Source: Phoronis australis
Taxonomy: Eukaryota; Animalia; Phoronida
DNA: 53,987 bases
Assembly (NCBI GenBank): GCA_002633005.1
Contig: NMRA01001096.1
Span: 1-53,987, forward strand
Direction: 5' to 3'
Of the stretch, positions 36,721-48,856 are shown in pieces (within the stretch, counting starts at the first letter, position 1; the number at the start of each line of letters is the position of its first letter). The notes under the pieces were generated by a model, which ran no database searches, was not told the origin of the DNA, and worked only from the letters and a program-made list of their open reading frames with translations. The translations under genes and the position numbers were made by a program.

Positions 36721-37787
36721 TCAATTATCTTTTTGGTCTCTTCCTCCATTAGAGTGTATGGGGTATACTTGGCGGACCGCCCTGGTGAGTCAGACAAGTT
36801 CTCCTTCTCCATGAATTCCGCCACCAACTCGAGATGTTGTGACATGTATGCGTCATTGACAACTGGTATTAAATAGGAATTCTGAATGTTGTTGAATGTT
36901 GTTTTCGAAAAAAAACTTGACTTTTCCAAAGTCCATCATTGTCTTCACCGACTGAAACGTGTTTCCAGTGAAGAGCACACCACTGGACATGGTTAAGTGG
37001 ACCTCCGGCATACCACGGACAGAGGAACAACTGTCCCACTTGCCAGAGTGTCCCGTGACACACTCCCACTGGATGGTGACCTGAGCACCCAAACTGCTTA
37101 CATCGTGTCGTGTGACTCCCTCGCCACACACCTGGCACCTTCTAAATAGCTCCAACACTTTAGACAAGTCCACAATAAACTTATCAAAGTTTGGCTCACC
37201 GATCTGTTCACTGGACAACGAACTGTCCTCTTCACTGGGTGTCGAACTGGCCCTGTAATTACTCCCACTACTCAATATCGCTGCAGGAGGGCTGCTTAGA
37301 GGCTCTGGGCTGGAGAAAACAGCACAGGGCGAATCACTACTGGTTCCAGGAATTGCACGCTCTGGGGTACGTTCGGAGGCACGGGTGACAGTAGATGAAG
37401 TGCCTCCACTGGCTCCAGTCAATGTACTGGCCACAGCTCGCGAGGCTTCTCGCTTCAAAAACGCACTTCTTTGGGGGGTGGCGACGGGGGCATTGCCGGG
37501 AATCAACACAGACGGGATGGTATCCTTCTTCAGGCGTTGTTTCGCAGGGACCTTCATCAGTTCAGCATACAAATCCCTTTCGTAATCAGACGGCAGAAAG
37601 GGCTTGCCACACACACGGTAATTCTCCACTGCTTTGTACGTTGCGTGGACGGGTAACGCTGCATTTTCACACGAACGAGCCAAGTACGGCGAAGTATGTC
37701 ATCCATCGAAAAGCGATGCAAAGGTACTCCAAAACCGTGCATGAGCCGATAATTAGTACATCCCGATATGCAGCAACAGTGTGGCAT
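36710..37787 (-). pseudogene. THAP-domain Kolobok transposase, frameshifted and truncated
   Basis: MPHCCCISGCTN...LHRF...W; RVCGKPF..SDY...RLKKDTIPSV; CQVC...WECVTGH..KWDS; SDSPGRSAKYTPYTLMEEETKKIID. Confidence 0.85.
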
Positions 37788-39230
37788 GTTGACTGACTAG
37801 TAAATGAAAGCAAACGAAGACGGAACTTAACACAACCGAGGTAGAACAATGCCTGACTCGGCAGCTATCACAGTCAGACTATATGAAAAGAAATTGGCAC
37901 GAAATGCTTGCCTCCTAAAGCGTCACTTCCGGAGTAGCGGACGAGTAATTAATAAAATAACGAAAAGCTGTAATTAAGTGGAAAATATGTCTAGGATAAC
38001 CAACCAACCTTATTTTAGCTCAAAATGACATGGAAAAAGGTTGCCTTCGCCTTTAAGATCACCAACAACATTGTGCAGTTATCATTTAACCAATATCTCT
38101 AATATTTGTTTGGTAAGCTACTTGGCAGTTTTCGTTAATTTAGATACAAAAGTCTTGATCTACAGAATTTTTTTAGTATAAAAAGCTCACTACAGAGGGC
38201 TGTTTTGTAAATTTAGATGTGAAAACCTTAGTCTACGAATTTTTTTTTAAAAAAAAGCTCACTCTGTGTGTGGTGGGGGGTTGCCGCTGAACAGTTGTGG
38301 GGTGGGGGAAACGCATCGTTGGAATCATGGATGCCCTGGAATATTGGGAACCCCATTTTGGACACCCTGTTTTTGAAATCCTGGATAAAGGCCTGAATGG
38401 CATATGTGTTATTACACACACTGATTTTCAGACGCTCTGACTACTGTGGCACCCCCAAATGACAATAATGTTTTCTGTACCTGTGATGTTACTTGATGAC
38501 TACACAAAACTTGTGTGGACAATGCTAATGGAATTTGGATGGAAGACTACCTTTAAGTTTAACACTAATGTTCCCTCTAATGTGAATGTTTAAAATTCTA
38601 CAATTTGGGAAAGTGAAAATTAATTAATGAGCTCAATCTAGGAGCTTATCCCAAATTCTTGACATAGGCATTGGCCGTCCCAAATTCAAGACCTGTCTGA
38701 GAAGATTGCAAAAATTACCACCCCCTACATTGAAACTTTTCCATATCTCAAACTCCAAAGACTGACCGAAAGCTGAATCCAATACACATCAATACAAGAC
38801 CAGTAAAAGAGGGAATTCAGTTACCATTACAGGTAAAGGCAAAACAACTTTAAAAAGCAAGGTCATTCACCTGGAAGCCTTAACAAAACAACTGAATTCC
38901 CAAGGCTAGCATAAACAATCTTAAAACAACATAGTAGGGGGAAAATGGAAAATTCCACACACTCGGCCAGGAAACGCAGTCCGTGCAAGTATTACAATGC
39001 GCGTGGCTGACGAGTTCACTCAATGGTTTTGGCCAAAAGTAAAACCTTCATAAGAAATCACAGTACACAAAAAACTTCGCATCAATACAGTATCAGGATA
39101 ATTTATGTTTGACACAAATATATGAGTAATTACATTTATTTGGCAACAAAGAGCTCTCTGCTTCTCATGATCAAGTAGTCGATGGATTGACGGCGAAGGC
39201 CGCGCGAAATTAGACTTTCGGATTTAGCTC

Positions 39231-39470
39231 GGGAGCGTCTGTCAAAACGCGGATGTGCGAAGACCGTCTGCCATGACATCACGGAATTAGGTCCTTGAAT
39301 TTGTGATTTTGGCATTCTTTTGGCATTTTTGTCGCCAAATTACCACTTGAAGGCAATTTGAAGAGATCGAATGAAAGAAAGCGTTCTAAAGAGTTGTTCG
39401 ATGCTAGTTTAGTGGAGTTCCATGCACATTTGAGAAGAAAATTCTGAGCAAACAGATTTCGAGTGTCCAA
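39231..39470 (-). repeat. Inverted copy of the 3602-3840 repeat
   Basis: Direct visual alignment. Confidence 0.85.
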
Positions 39471-40029
39471 CCTTTGTTTTCTTATATATTATGAGTGACG
39501 TCATTTGCAATAAACCCAAGCGCCTGTGATTTGAACTTAGGAACACGAGTTCTCGAAAATGGCTTGATGGATTTCGCTGAAACTTTCCAAACTTAATATT
39601 TAGTCACCAATCTCAAAAACGCTGTTACGATTTTTGATATAAAAGCTTAGTTTTTGTGTAATGTGGCAAAGACGAATATGACTTCAATTTTTTACAAAAA
39701 TACCTTACGTTTTGCGAGTTTATTTGTCATAGAAACCAAACGAACAAACTAATCGAAAATTCCTAACAGCGTTTTTGAGGTAATTTATGAAGTTTTCATT
39801 TAAAAAAGGTTTCGTTAAAATCGACCGAGGGGTTATTTTGCTATGAATGTACCTTTCTTAAAAATGAAATTTTTACTTAAAAAAGGTTTTTATGTAAAAC
39901 TAATAATGACAAATAAATACAAAAAGTATATTTATATTTCCTGGTCTTTGTTCTTTCAGAAAATATTTACTTTTACTAGTTGACAAAGCTTAGTTTTTTG
40001 ATATAAGTGTTAGAATGGAGGCCACTAAA

Positions 40030-40612
40030 TAAGGTTGGACATAACCTTAAAATGTTTTTAGGTAAATTGATCCACGGAGATCAAACGGGTTTTATCTTGG
40101 GAAGGAATGTGAGCAAAAATATCCGTGTACTTTACGACCTTTTAATTACACTGAGAAAGTTGGCAAACACAGGTTGCTCTTACTTATTAATTTTGAGAAA
40201 CCGTTTGATTCTTTAGCACGAAACTTTATAGACAAAACTCTATCCTTTTTTAATTTTAGTTGTTCCATTAAATGGCGAGTCACAATGTTTTACAAAAATA
40301 TAAAATCTGGTGTTATAGTCAGTGGACAACCATCACGCTGGTTTAATATCCGACATGGAGTAGACAAGGCGACCCTTTATCCAACTATCTATGTATTATC
40401 GAAGTCTATAAAATGGCTCTCATGATCAGACATGACAGTACTATTCAGGGTATTAAGGTGGGCAGCAAGGAATTTTATGTATTTCTCAGTATGCGGATGA
40501 TACGTCCATTACATTAGATAGATCTGAAGTTTCGTTGCGGACTACTTTGAATGTTTTGGAAACATTTGTCGATTTCTCTGTCCTTCACATCAATATTGAA
40601 AAGAGTGTCATC
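40030..40612 (+). mobile_element. L1/Tx1-clade LINE reverse transcriptase fragment
   Basis: LIHGDQTGFILGRN..NIR; LLLINFEKPFDSL; FNI.HGV.RQGDPL; SQYADDT. Confidence 0.85.
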
Positions 40613-41689
40613 TGCAGTTTCCGTCATCATTGACATGCGCATTCTACATACTTAATCATGTTGTCTGCCGCACAAAGGCCTGAAGAATTCGAGGATTATT
40701 TTACAAAACGAGAGATGTTCCAGAAACTGACATTGATTCAGGTGCTAGTAGACGACAAATAATCCAGCTACAGATACGTAACGTGGTGATAACGGGGCCA
40801 GTCAACGAAGCGCAAATACCCGTGCAATTAATGAACAGTGCCGAACCTTTCAATCAACAAAGTACCAACAAGTTGCTGACGTCATCGGACATCGGCATTT
40901 TTACAATTCGCTCCAAACTTGAGAATAGATTGTTTTTGTGAACAGGAAGAATGGACTTGTGTTAATCTTGAAAATGACATAATTGCTAACGTTCAACAAT
41001 CCAGTCGATATCTATTGAAATTGATTTCTACTTGCTCTCCCGTCCAAATAAATGGAAAAACGCTCGTGAATCGGTTTCTTATACCTAATTAGATATTCAA
41101 GATGGTTGACGTGGTCGCGGACTCGAATGTTGGGCAATTCTGCGAGAAATCTCAATTTCTGGCCGTGTAAAATTTTGGATGTAGCCTACAGACTTTTTGA
41201 CGTCGAATTCTGACTAACATTACGAGGGTATTGACTATGCAAGACATGAGATTGAGAAAAAACAAAGGCTCGAATGTCAGGAGCATTTATGATAAAAATG
41301 GGACTCGTTTTACCAAGACACTTTATTGTCTTTATTCAGACTGTCGGCTTCGTGGAAGACTGGACGTTCCTTCTGAAATCTTTACCTCCTTGTTAGTTTT
41401 TGGACTTAGTCAACATTTTCACCTCTAGTATGAATGTCACATTCTTTTTTGAGTAAAATGATACCGCTTACTGTTTGAAACACGTCTGTTTAGACTTCCA
41501 TTTAAAGTTATTGAATAAACGAATGGTCTTTGTTTAGCAATGACGCTTTTATTCCACTTCACTGTACTATGTTATGGCATGGGTGGATACACCACTGCAG
41601 CAATTAAACCATGCTAATGTTCAGTTTAAAATTTTTTCTTTGAAACAATTACTTAAAGCGAAGGTAAGCCAGACAGAATTTGCTTCTTT

Positions 41690-42157
41690 GCACTATTATT
41701 CCTATGTATATCGTTAGATTTTGCACTTCCTATTATTTCCATCTGCCGTTACTTGATTTTACGCAAATTTGTAATCAATGTTATTCCAGTCAGTCAAAAC
41801 TATTTTTAATTTTCCACAAATTTCCCGTCTATAACATTATTCCCTAGAATTTGCTGTTTTGCATTATAATTCCCTTCTATATCATTATTAGGTTTTACCT
41901 AAATTTGTAATCAATATTATTATTCCAGTCTATACTATGTTTAAATTTCCACAAATTTGCCGTCTATACCATTATTCCATTCTATACTATTATTAATTTT
42001 TTCCGACAAATTTCCGGTCTATACTATTATTCTACTTTTCTAGTGGCAAAAATGTTGGGTCTATACTATTATTAGTCTCTATTATCATTAAAAATTGTGA
42101 AATTTTCCAGTCTATACTATTATTGCTGTCTCTACTACTAATCGGAACTCCAGAGTA
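41690..42157. mobile_element. End of a TA-target DNA transposon with subterminal ctatactattatt repeats
   Basis: Multiple ctata(c/t)(t/c)attatt motifs, ending ...taatcggaactccagagTA exactly where the Gypsy integrase is cut off. Confidence 0.5.
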
Positions 42158-43964
42158 GTCTAACAAGTTCAAGTGACTTTCTTTCTGAGTCCACTGCTCA
42201 GACAGCAGATACAAAGGTCCTCTATCAAACCTGATGCTTGAATATCAATTCAAATGGGCTAAACCCAGTCGATTCTTGCACGGACTCCCTAGCCGCAAAT
42301 AACGACAGTGGGACCCCTTCATCCCAGTCAGTCTTGTTTTCAAAACAATAAGTCCTCAACATGGTTTTGAGAGTCGAATGAAATCTTTCTAAAGCTCCTT
42401 GACTCTCAGGATGGTAAGCACTAGAAGTAATCTGCTTAACCCCTAACTCATGAGTATCCTGTTGGAACAATCCTGATGTAAAATCTGATCCCTAATCGGA
42501 CTGGATTTCTCTAGGAAAACCAAATAATGTGAAGAAATTAATCAAAGACTTCGCAATAGTACTAGCCTTAATATTGCTAAGTGGAATGGCTGCAGGAAAT
42601 CTAGTGGTGGAACACATAATAGTCAGTAAATACGGATTCCCAGACTTGGCTTTAGGAAGAGGACCCACACAGTCAGTGATCACGTTCAAGAAGGGCTCAC
42701 CGAAAGCTGGGACTGGTTGCAAGGGTGCAACCGGTGGCTCTAACTTGTATTTTCCTGCCACTTGACAAGCGTGACAGGTCCGGCAAAAGTGGGACACATC
42801 TTTCCGTAGACCGAGCCAAAAGAACTGTTTACTAATTCTGTCTACAGTCTTATTCACTCCAAGGTGCCCACCTAATGGTAAACTGTGCGCCAATGACATA
42901 ATGTCAGTCCTATAAACCCTAGGTACCAGGACTTGAGTAATAACAGCCCAATCTTCATTGGCAGGAAGATCTGGAGGACGCCACTTTCTCATAAGTACCC
43001 CATCGTGGATATAGTACCCTACTGGCACTTTACTAATCTCATCAGGAGAAAGAGTCTTGTCTCTCAAATCTCTTAACTCTGTGTCACTATTCTGCTCCTG
43101 AATCATTTGTCTCCTAGACAACGATAAACCATCTGACGCAGGCGAATACACACTAGGTGCCAAATCTGATTCTAGAGTACTAGACTTCTGCGTAGCGTTA
43201 CCTAAACCATTGTCAAACAATGAGCTCAGAAATGCATCTGACCAACCACAGTTCTGAGAATTCACATCAGAGATGTGTGACAAATCCTGACGATGAGTCA
43301 TAGGATCACTAACACTGTGGGGTTTCACTAAATCCTCCTCTAATTGGGCCTTCTTGGCCTGAGCTCGAGTCATCGCACACGCAGGAAAAAGCTCAGAGTC
43401 TGAGACACTATCATCGGTACTCGGCTCCACAGTCAACTGAACAGAGGGGACAACTTTACCACCAGCTAAGTCATTGCCTAGCAACATAGAGACACCCTTA
43501 ACAGGAAGACTAAACCTAAGTCCTATCTTAACTAGTCCTGAGACTAAGTCTGATTTCAAAAACATAGAGTGCAGAGGGATAGACAAAACTCCTCCTTCAA
43601 TTCCCTGAATAATATTAACTTCACCAGAGGCAGTCTCGGCAGAAAAAGGTAATACACCTTCCAGCATTAGGGATTGAGACGCCCCGGTATCTCGAAGTAT
43701 ACGAATGGGTACAGGAGTAGAACTCTCATCAAGAGAAACAAAACCCTCGTACACAAAAGGAAGGAACTCTTCCCTCAAAGGATCAGACATAACTGAGTGC
43801 TTAGACTCATGAAGGTAGGTAGGTTTACTAAACCCTACATCACGAGGTGTTCTATTTAATGTCTTGACAAAGGCATTGGGTGAAGTGTTAGCTTCATTCT
43901 TACGTTTCAGTTTGAAACAATCAGACAGGACATGACTAGGTTTCTTGCAATAATTGCATGACAT
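42158..43964 (-). pseudogene. pol: Zinc knuckle, aspartic protease and integrase of the Gmr1-like element
   Basis: CNYCKKPSHVLSDC; ILRDTGASQS...LLGNDLAG; AHSLPLGGHLG..KT...CRTCHACQ; DCVGPLP; IQSD*GS; YHPESQGALERFH. Confidence 0.9.
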
Positions 43965-43988
43965 ACCTGAAAAATCCCTAGTGGACTG

Positions 43989-44994
43989 TTAACTACCACT
44001 ACCTTTGTTAACAGTAGTCTTGATTGTGTTGTCAAACGTTTGACCTAAACCAGGTTTACTACCTGTTTTCACGAACGAAGTACTAGGAGTACAACTAGTA
44101 GCCCTACTAGAATAAGCGAACCTAGACTTATGAGTGAGAGCATACTCATCGGCAAGCTTAGCAGCAGACTGTAAACTATCGGCATCTTTCTCGTCGAGAT
44201 AGGTCTTAATGTCATCCTTGACACAGTTCTTAAATTCCTCAACCAAGACCAGATCCTTAAGCTTACTAAAGTCGCCGTGAATTTCCTTGGAAGTACACCA
44301 ACGCTCAAAATAGACCTCTTTCTCACGAGCAAATTCTACATAAGTCTGATGGTCATTTTTACACAGACTCCTAAATTTCTGCCTATAAGCTTCAGGGACT
44401 AACTCATAAATTTTCAAAATAGCCTGTTTAACTAGGTCATAATCTGAAGAGTCCCCTACGGATAGAGACGAGTAGGCTTGCTGGGCCTTACCCTTAATGA
44501 CACTTTGCAGCATCAACGACCAGTACTGCTTAGGCCAACCTAAACTGTCTGCAACCTTTTCAACGTGCTGAAAGTACTTATCCACTGCTGTTTGGTCAAA
44601 CGGGGGAACTAACCCAATTTCCCTACTAGCCACAAACTTGTCTTCAGTTGAAACAGGCGGGATTGATGGATGAACCGACACCTCAAACTTTAGCTTTTCT
44701 AATTCGAACAGTCTCTGCCTCTCATTTTCCTCTCACTCAAACTGCCTCTGTTTTTCCTTTTGCTCCACTTCAAACTGCCTCTGTTTTTCCCTTTCCTCTA
44801 ACTCAAACTTTCTCTGTCTCTCTTTCTCCTCTAACTGAAGTCGCTTCTCTTCAAGCTTAAGCTTTTCCAACTCTATGTTAATAACTTTGTCAGAGAACTC
44901 AGGAAGTTTCAACAGCTCACTCTCGTCGAGTCGGTTCTCTTCAACCAAGTGCTCAGCAATATACCTGATAATATCACCCTTCCTAAACTGAGTC
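43989..44994 (-). pseudogene. gag: Gmr1-like gag (SCAN-related capsid); N-terminus at 46866-46968
   Basis: LVPPF...DKYF.H.EKVA..LGWPK..W...GKAQQAY...YDLVK.AIL..YELVPEAYRQKFR...LVLVEEFK...AAKLADEY. Confidence 0.85.
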
Positions 44995-45171
44995 TTAAAG
45001 GCTAATGCCACCCGATTAGATTAGTCTTTTTTACCGTCTTAATCGGTCTGGGGCCCACATCGGCTCGTACACGGTCGACCTTACCTTGCCGAGAGGTGTC
45101 GCGTTAGCCTGTGAGGAAGGTGAGAAAGTCCGCAGCGACGTCAGTGGTTCGTATGCAGAGTGAATTCCGCC

Positions 45172-45490
45172 ATGGTGTGGTGTGTCGTTCCTGCCTGTTC
45201 GAACTATGAAGCGGCGAGGAAAGCGGGTACATCGTTTTTTCGATTTCTTCGAGAGCCCGAAATGCTTCGGAAGTGGCTCGCTGCAGTGAAAAATGACAAG
45301 TACGGAGTTCGTACGAGGCCGTGAAACATCTCCGTGTCTGTGTCCGACATTTCGTGGACAGTGATTTCACTGACGAATTCTGGCTTGCCAAACAGCTCAT
45401 GCCAGGGCAGAAAAAGCAACCGAGGCTGAAGTCAGATGCTGTGCCTAGTGTGTTTGCGTTCGGCAGGCAGGAAGCAAAGAAACGTGGATC
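45172..45490 (+). pseudogene. THAP domain of Kolobok transposase (one frameshift)
   Basis: MVWCVVPACSN...SFFRF.....LRKWLAAV / RVCVRHF..SDF...RLKSDAVPSVF. Confidence 0.85.
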
Positions 45491-45711
45491 AGTTGTTTCC
45501 ATTATGGTGCAGTTAGCGCACTGACACCATGAGACGATTTTCGGAACTATCCATCTGCTCCATTGTTTGTGCACGTTCACGGCGCCTCTCTAATACTTCT
45601 TGATCAGTGTACTCTAGCTGGTTCGAACTGATATCCTGAGAAAACTAACAATCTACCTGGGAAGTCTTCGTCAGATGAGTACTCCTCCAAGTCGGGATTG
45701 CGAGTTGCCAT
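45488..45711 (-). pseudogene. KolX N-terminal stub
   Basis: MATRNPDLEEYSSDED...GYQFEP..., then SWCQCANCTIMET in another frame. Confidence 0.65.
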
Positions 45712-46264
45712 GTTGACGTTTATTACTAAGCGTTCTGTTTCAAAATGAATTATTCTCACCCTAACCAATACTTATGTATAAAACTGAAAGAAAGTGTGTC
45801 CCATTAGATGCAATTTGTAATGCCTTTGGAGTGTTCGTGAGTGCAAATGATTTGAGAAGCCAGCAATGAATAAATCACTGCGTTACCGGCTTTAGGTGCA
45901 ATAAAACTAATTTGACCGGACACCGAGGCCGTGTGAGCGCAAGCTAATTCAGTGTTTGCTGACAGAATCTGTTGTGAAACAATAACTCGATATTCCATCC
46001 CACGGCCAGGTGTTAGGGGAATCTTTATTTACTTATACATTATTCAAATAATGATTGTCAATGTACAACTTCTGCCCTGGCGGTTCTGTGGCCAAACGGG
46101 AACCTGAATTCACGGCCCCCGACGAGTAGGCCTTAGTAGATTTGCAGTTTCGTGGCTTCACCAAAATAATCACGTGCACATTACTTCTTTAGCTCACTAG
46201 TATAGTATTTTCTTGACTTCAAGCTTAGTTTCCAACTTTGGCTGGTTAATGTTCGTGATGTCTT

Positions 46265-46376
46265 CAGTCCGGTCGCGACGGGCCTGATTGGGTTCCGAGC
46301 CACTGGCCGGGATAACGAGTCAGTCCGGCCGCGACGGGCCTGATCGGGTTCCGAGACACTGGCCGGGATAACAAGC
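46265..46376. repeat. 56-bp tandem duplication inside Kolobok #3
   Basis: cagtccggtcgcgacgggcctgattgggttccgagccactggccgggataacgagt present twice with a few mismatches. Confidence 0.85.
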
Positions 46377-47229
46377 GTTTTTTGTGTTTAGAACTAAAAA
46401 ACACAAGTCTAAACAACACAGATCTAGGTCCTACTGTCTGTATTTCACGGAAAAATACTTAGAATTTATCTCCGAACAGAACACGAACTCCTGATACCGA
46501 CCTTGGTAAATTGGACTGCCGAAATTTGTTGGCTACGGTGTGTCCAAATACCAATAAATCCGTAACAGTGAAATAAGACAACATGTTTTTATAAGAACTC
46601 GGTGTATTTTTAAGGGTTTTACATCGAAGTTTGATCATTTATTGGTGTTAAACAATGAATTCAAGCGATAAGCTGACACCAGTTACCCGTGTTGTGAACT
46701 GCTGAACAGACTGCGTGTGAAACCGATGACGTCAGTGAAAAATTTCATCACCTCCGTCTGCCGTCAGGTGTCAGGTAACGCAACCGTACGTGCCGCTATC
46801 GAGGAGAACTACTCGATCTAAATTGATGCAAATTAGGTTGTTTTTTGGGTGGCATGCTCCTTTAACGTAAGTGAGTTCTAACTGCTGAGATAGAGACAGG
46901 AGTTCAGGCTTCTTAAACCCTAATAGGGCATCGACAGTAGGTGACGCCAAAAAACCACTGAAGTCCATAGCTGCTGTCAGTCTCCAAAGATAAACACAGG
47001 AAAATGCTAATGACCGAAACGTGGGAGAGCAATAAACCAGATGTCAGAACGGTTTATCTCCCGGAATGGCCCCCAATTATGTGATGTGCACACGAGAGAA
47101 CTCGGTCAGCCATTTGTAATCCAGCTCAAAACTCCCTTCTTCACCTCCGAATTCAAAGAGTCAACGCTGTCCACAGCGCCATCCTTTGCACAAATAGATA
47201 ACCAATGTCACACAATATATCCAGAGATT

Positions 47230-47560
47230 CAAGGTTTTGTTAAATTTAGCGGTAATTTTTAAAACCTAAACTACCAAATATTTATAACATATACTGGAAG
47301 GAATTTTTGAACCTATCATCATCTTCATAGGCAAAATAAAAACAAAAAACCAAACAGATTTTCTTAACCAGCCTTTGTGGCATAATGATGAGTTGAAGGT
47401 CAGGGAAAGAAGCATTTTTTGTAACAAAAGGTTTGAACAGGGGATTGTGTTTATTAAAGACTTGTACTCTTCAAATGGCAAAATACTACAGTATGACTAT
47501 GTTGTAAACAAATAAAGTACTAAAACAAAAATTGTATGGAACACAACAGTATGTGTTCTG
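47230..47560 (+). mobile_element. L1/Tx1-clade LINE ORF2 fragment (post-RT region)
   Basis: FLNQPLWHNDELKV...FEQGIVFIKDL..SNG. Confidence 0.6.
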
Positions 47561-47769
47561 TACTACAATAATATCAAAACAAATGTGTGCTTGAATGTGA
47601 GAATGTTGACTCTCATACAAAACAGTAACCTTTTGTACAGGTCACAAACTAGAAGTGCTGCCTCAGACATTTTATTACTTTTGGGAAAAACAATTTATGT
47701 AAAGGCCAAAATTTGTGTGTTAATGCCTTTTTTTAATTTCGATAGTGACTATCTGAAAAGTATATAGAC

Positions 47770-48351
47770 TGTTAATGCAGGAGCATTAGTCTTTGTTTAG
47801 GATCTTTATGTCCACTAGAGGTGTTGTATGTACACCTTAGGGTGTTTCCAGAGTGCATTGTAATTGCTGTCTACCCCTGCTCCTAGGTAATTGTTTATTG
47901 GCTAAATAGATGCTACCATTGTAATATAACCAATCACAGTGCAGTTTTGATGGTTTTTAGCTTCAGCAGTCATTTACAGCACTCATTTCGAATATTGGTT
48001 TCAACATGTTGTGATGCACTGTAGAGAGATTGTTAGCAGGGTCACGCGGAAAACTCCAGTAAGTACATGTAATTCTGTTAAGGCTTTATGTTTAGTCTAT
48101 TCATGTAGGTCTGGTGGACATTGTAGGGCTAGTGTTTAATTGTTGAACTGTAACGGCTGCTTTGTGGTGGTTTTGTCTTATGCGGGTTCGAGTCCCGTGT
48201 GCTAGCCGTATTGACAATTGGGTAACGTTTCGAGAACATTGTTTGGTTCCGTTGTTTGACAAACTGTATTTATCGTTTGCAGATAACCGTCTCTTCAAGA
48301 ATAAATCGTTTTAAATGAAGCTGACGCGTTATTCTATCGCCCACACTAATA
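47770..48351 (+). mobile_element. Solo LTR
   Basis: TGTTA...TAATA termini (terminal CA probably mutated), flanked by TAGAC TSD (47765-47769, 48352-48356); AATAAA at ~48300. Confidence 0.65.
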
Positions 48352-48668
48352 TAGACTATAAAAATTCAAGTATGCCAAATTTTAACAAAAAGAGGGAAAA
48401 TTTGGAGCTTTCTTTGTAAACTGATGTATGGTTGTTGGTACAAGGGTGTGACTGGTGTTAGTTTTTGTTTCACGTTTTTGCAACCACAATATATTGTATT
48501 GTAAAATGGTAAATTTCCAATAAATGGTTGAACAAAATTTATAGCAGTAAAAGCACTCTCAGAAGCCACAGGCGCCTTTCACCTCGGCTGAGCTAGGTCC
48601 CCTCAGCTTACAAATTAAAAACTCCTAATTTTCAAAAACCAAGCACTTACAGACCCAAGAATACTAAC

Positions 48669-48856
48669 CTCACAAAGTCTTCTACACATCTCTTACAAAA
48701 GCGGTGTCCACAAAAGCTCTGCATTGGTTCGCGCAGAACATAACGACAGTAACTACACAAGTATTTATCGTCAACTTTCTGGATAAATATGTTGTGCGGG
48801 AAGCCATTCTTTGACGTCCTTTCCTTAGACACTGAAGGATATGTCGACACAGCCAT
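48669..48856 (-). CDS. TRAF2: TRAF2-like first coding exon (RING N-terminal part)
   Basis: MAVSTY...GFPHNIF..KVDDKYLCSYCRYVLREPMQSFCGHRFCKRC (compare TRAF2 KYLCSACRNVLRRPFQAQCGHRYC); acceptor ttttcgcag before 48889, donor gttagt. Confidence 0.92.

Larger units (their letters stand above)
36107..38052 (-). mobile_element. Kolobok DNA transposon (#2), internally deleted
   Basis: TTAA TSD (36103-36106, 38053-38056); ~158-bp TIRs starting AGGCGAA; convergent THAP-transposase and KolX stubs. Confidence 0.9.
44999..46861 (+). mobile_element. Kolobok DNA transposon (#3), internally deleted, inserted in gag
   Basis: TTAA TSD (44995-44998, 46862-46865); imperfect TIR AGGCTAATGCCACCC vs AGGAGCATGCCACCC; removal restores the gag frame TYVK-TQFRKGD. 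Confidence 0.88.
42158..47212 (-). mobile_element. Gmr1-like Gypsy LTR retrotransposon, 3'-truncated, interrupted by Kolobok #3
   Basis: 5' LTR 47080-47212 (TGTGA...TCACA); tRNA-Pro-like PBS TGGGGGCCATTCCGGGA at ~47059-47075; gag ATG at 46968; protease followed directly by integrase. Confidence 0.88.

Noticed and set aside
48170-48210. tRNA gene suggested by GGTTCGAGTCCC
   Set aside because: No A-box, D arm or acceptor stem; lies inside a solo LTR
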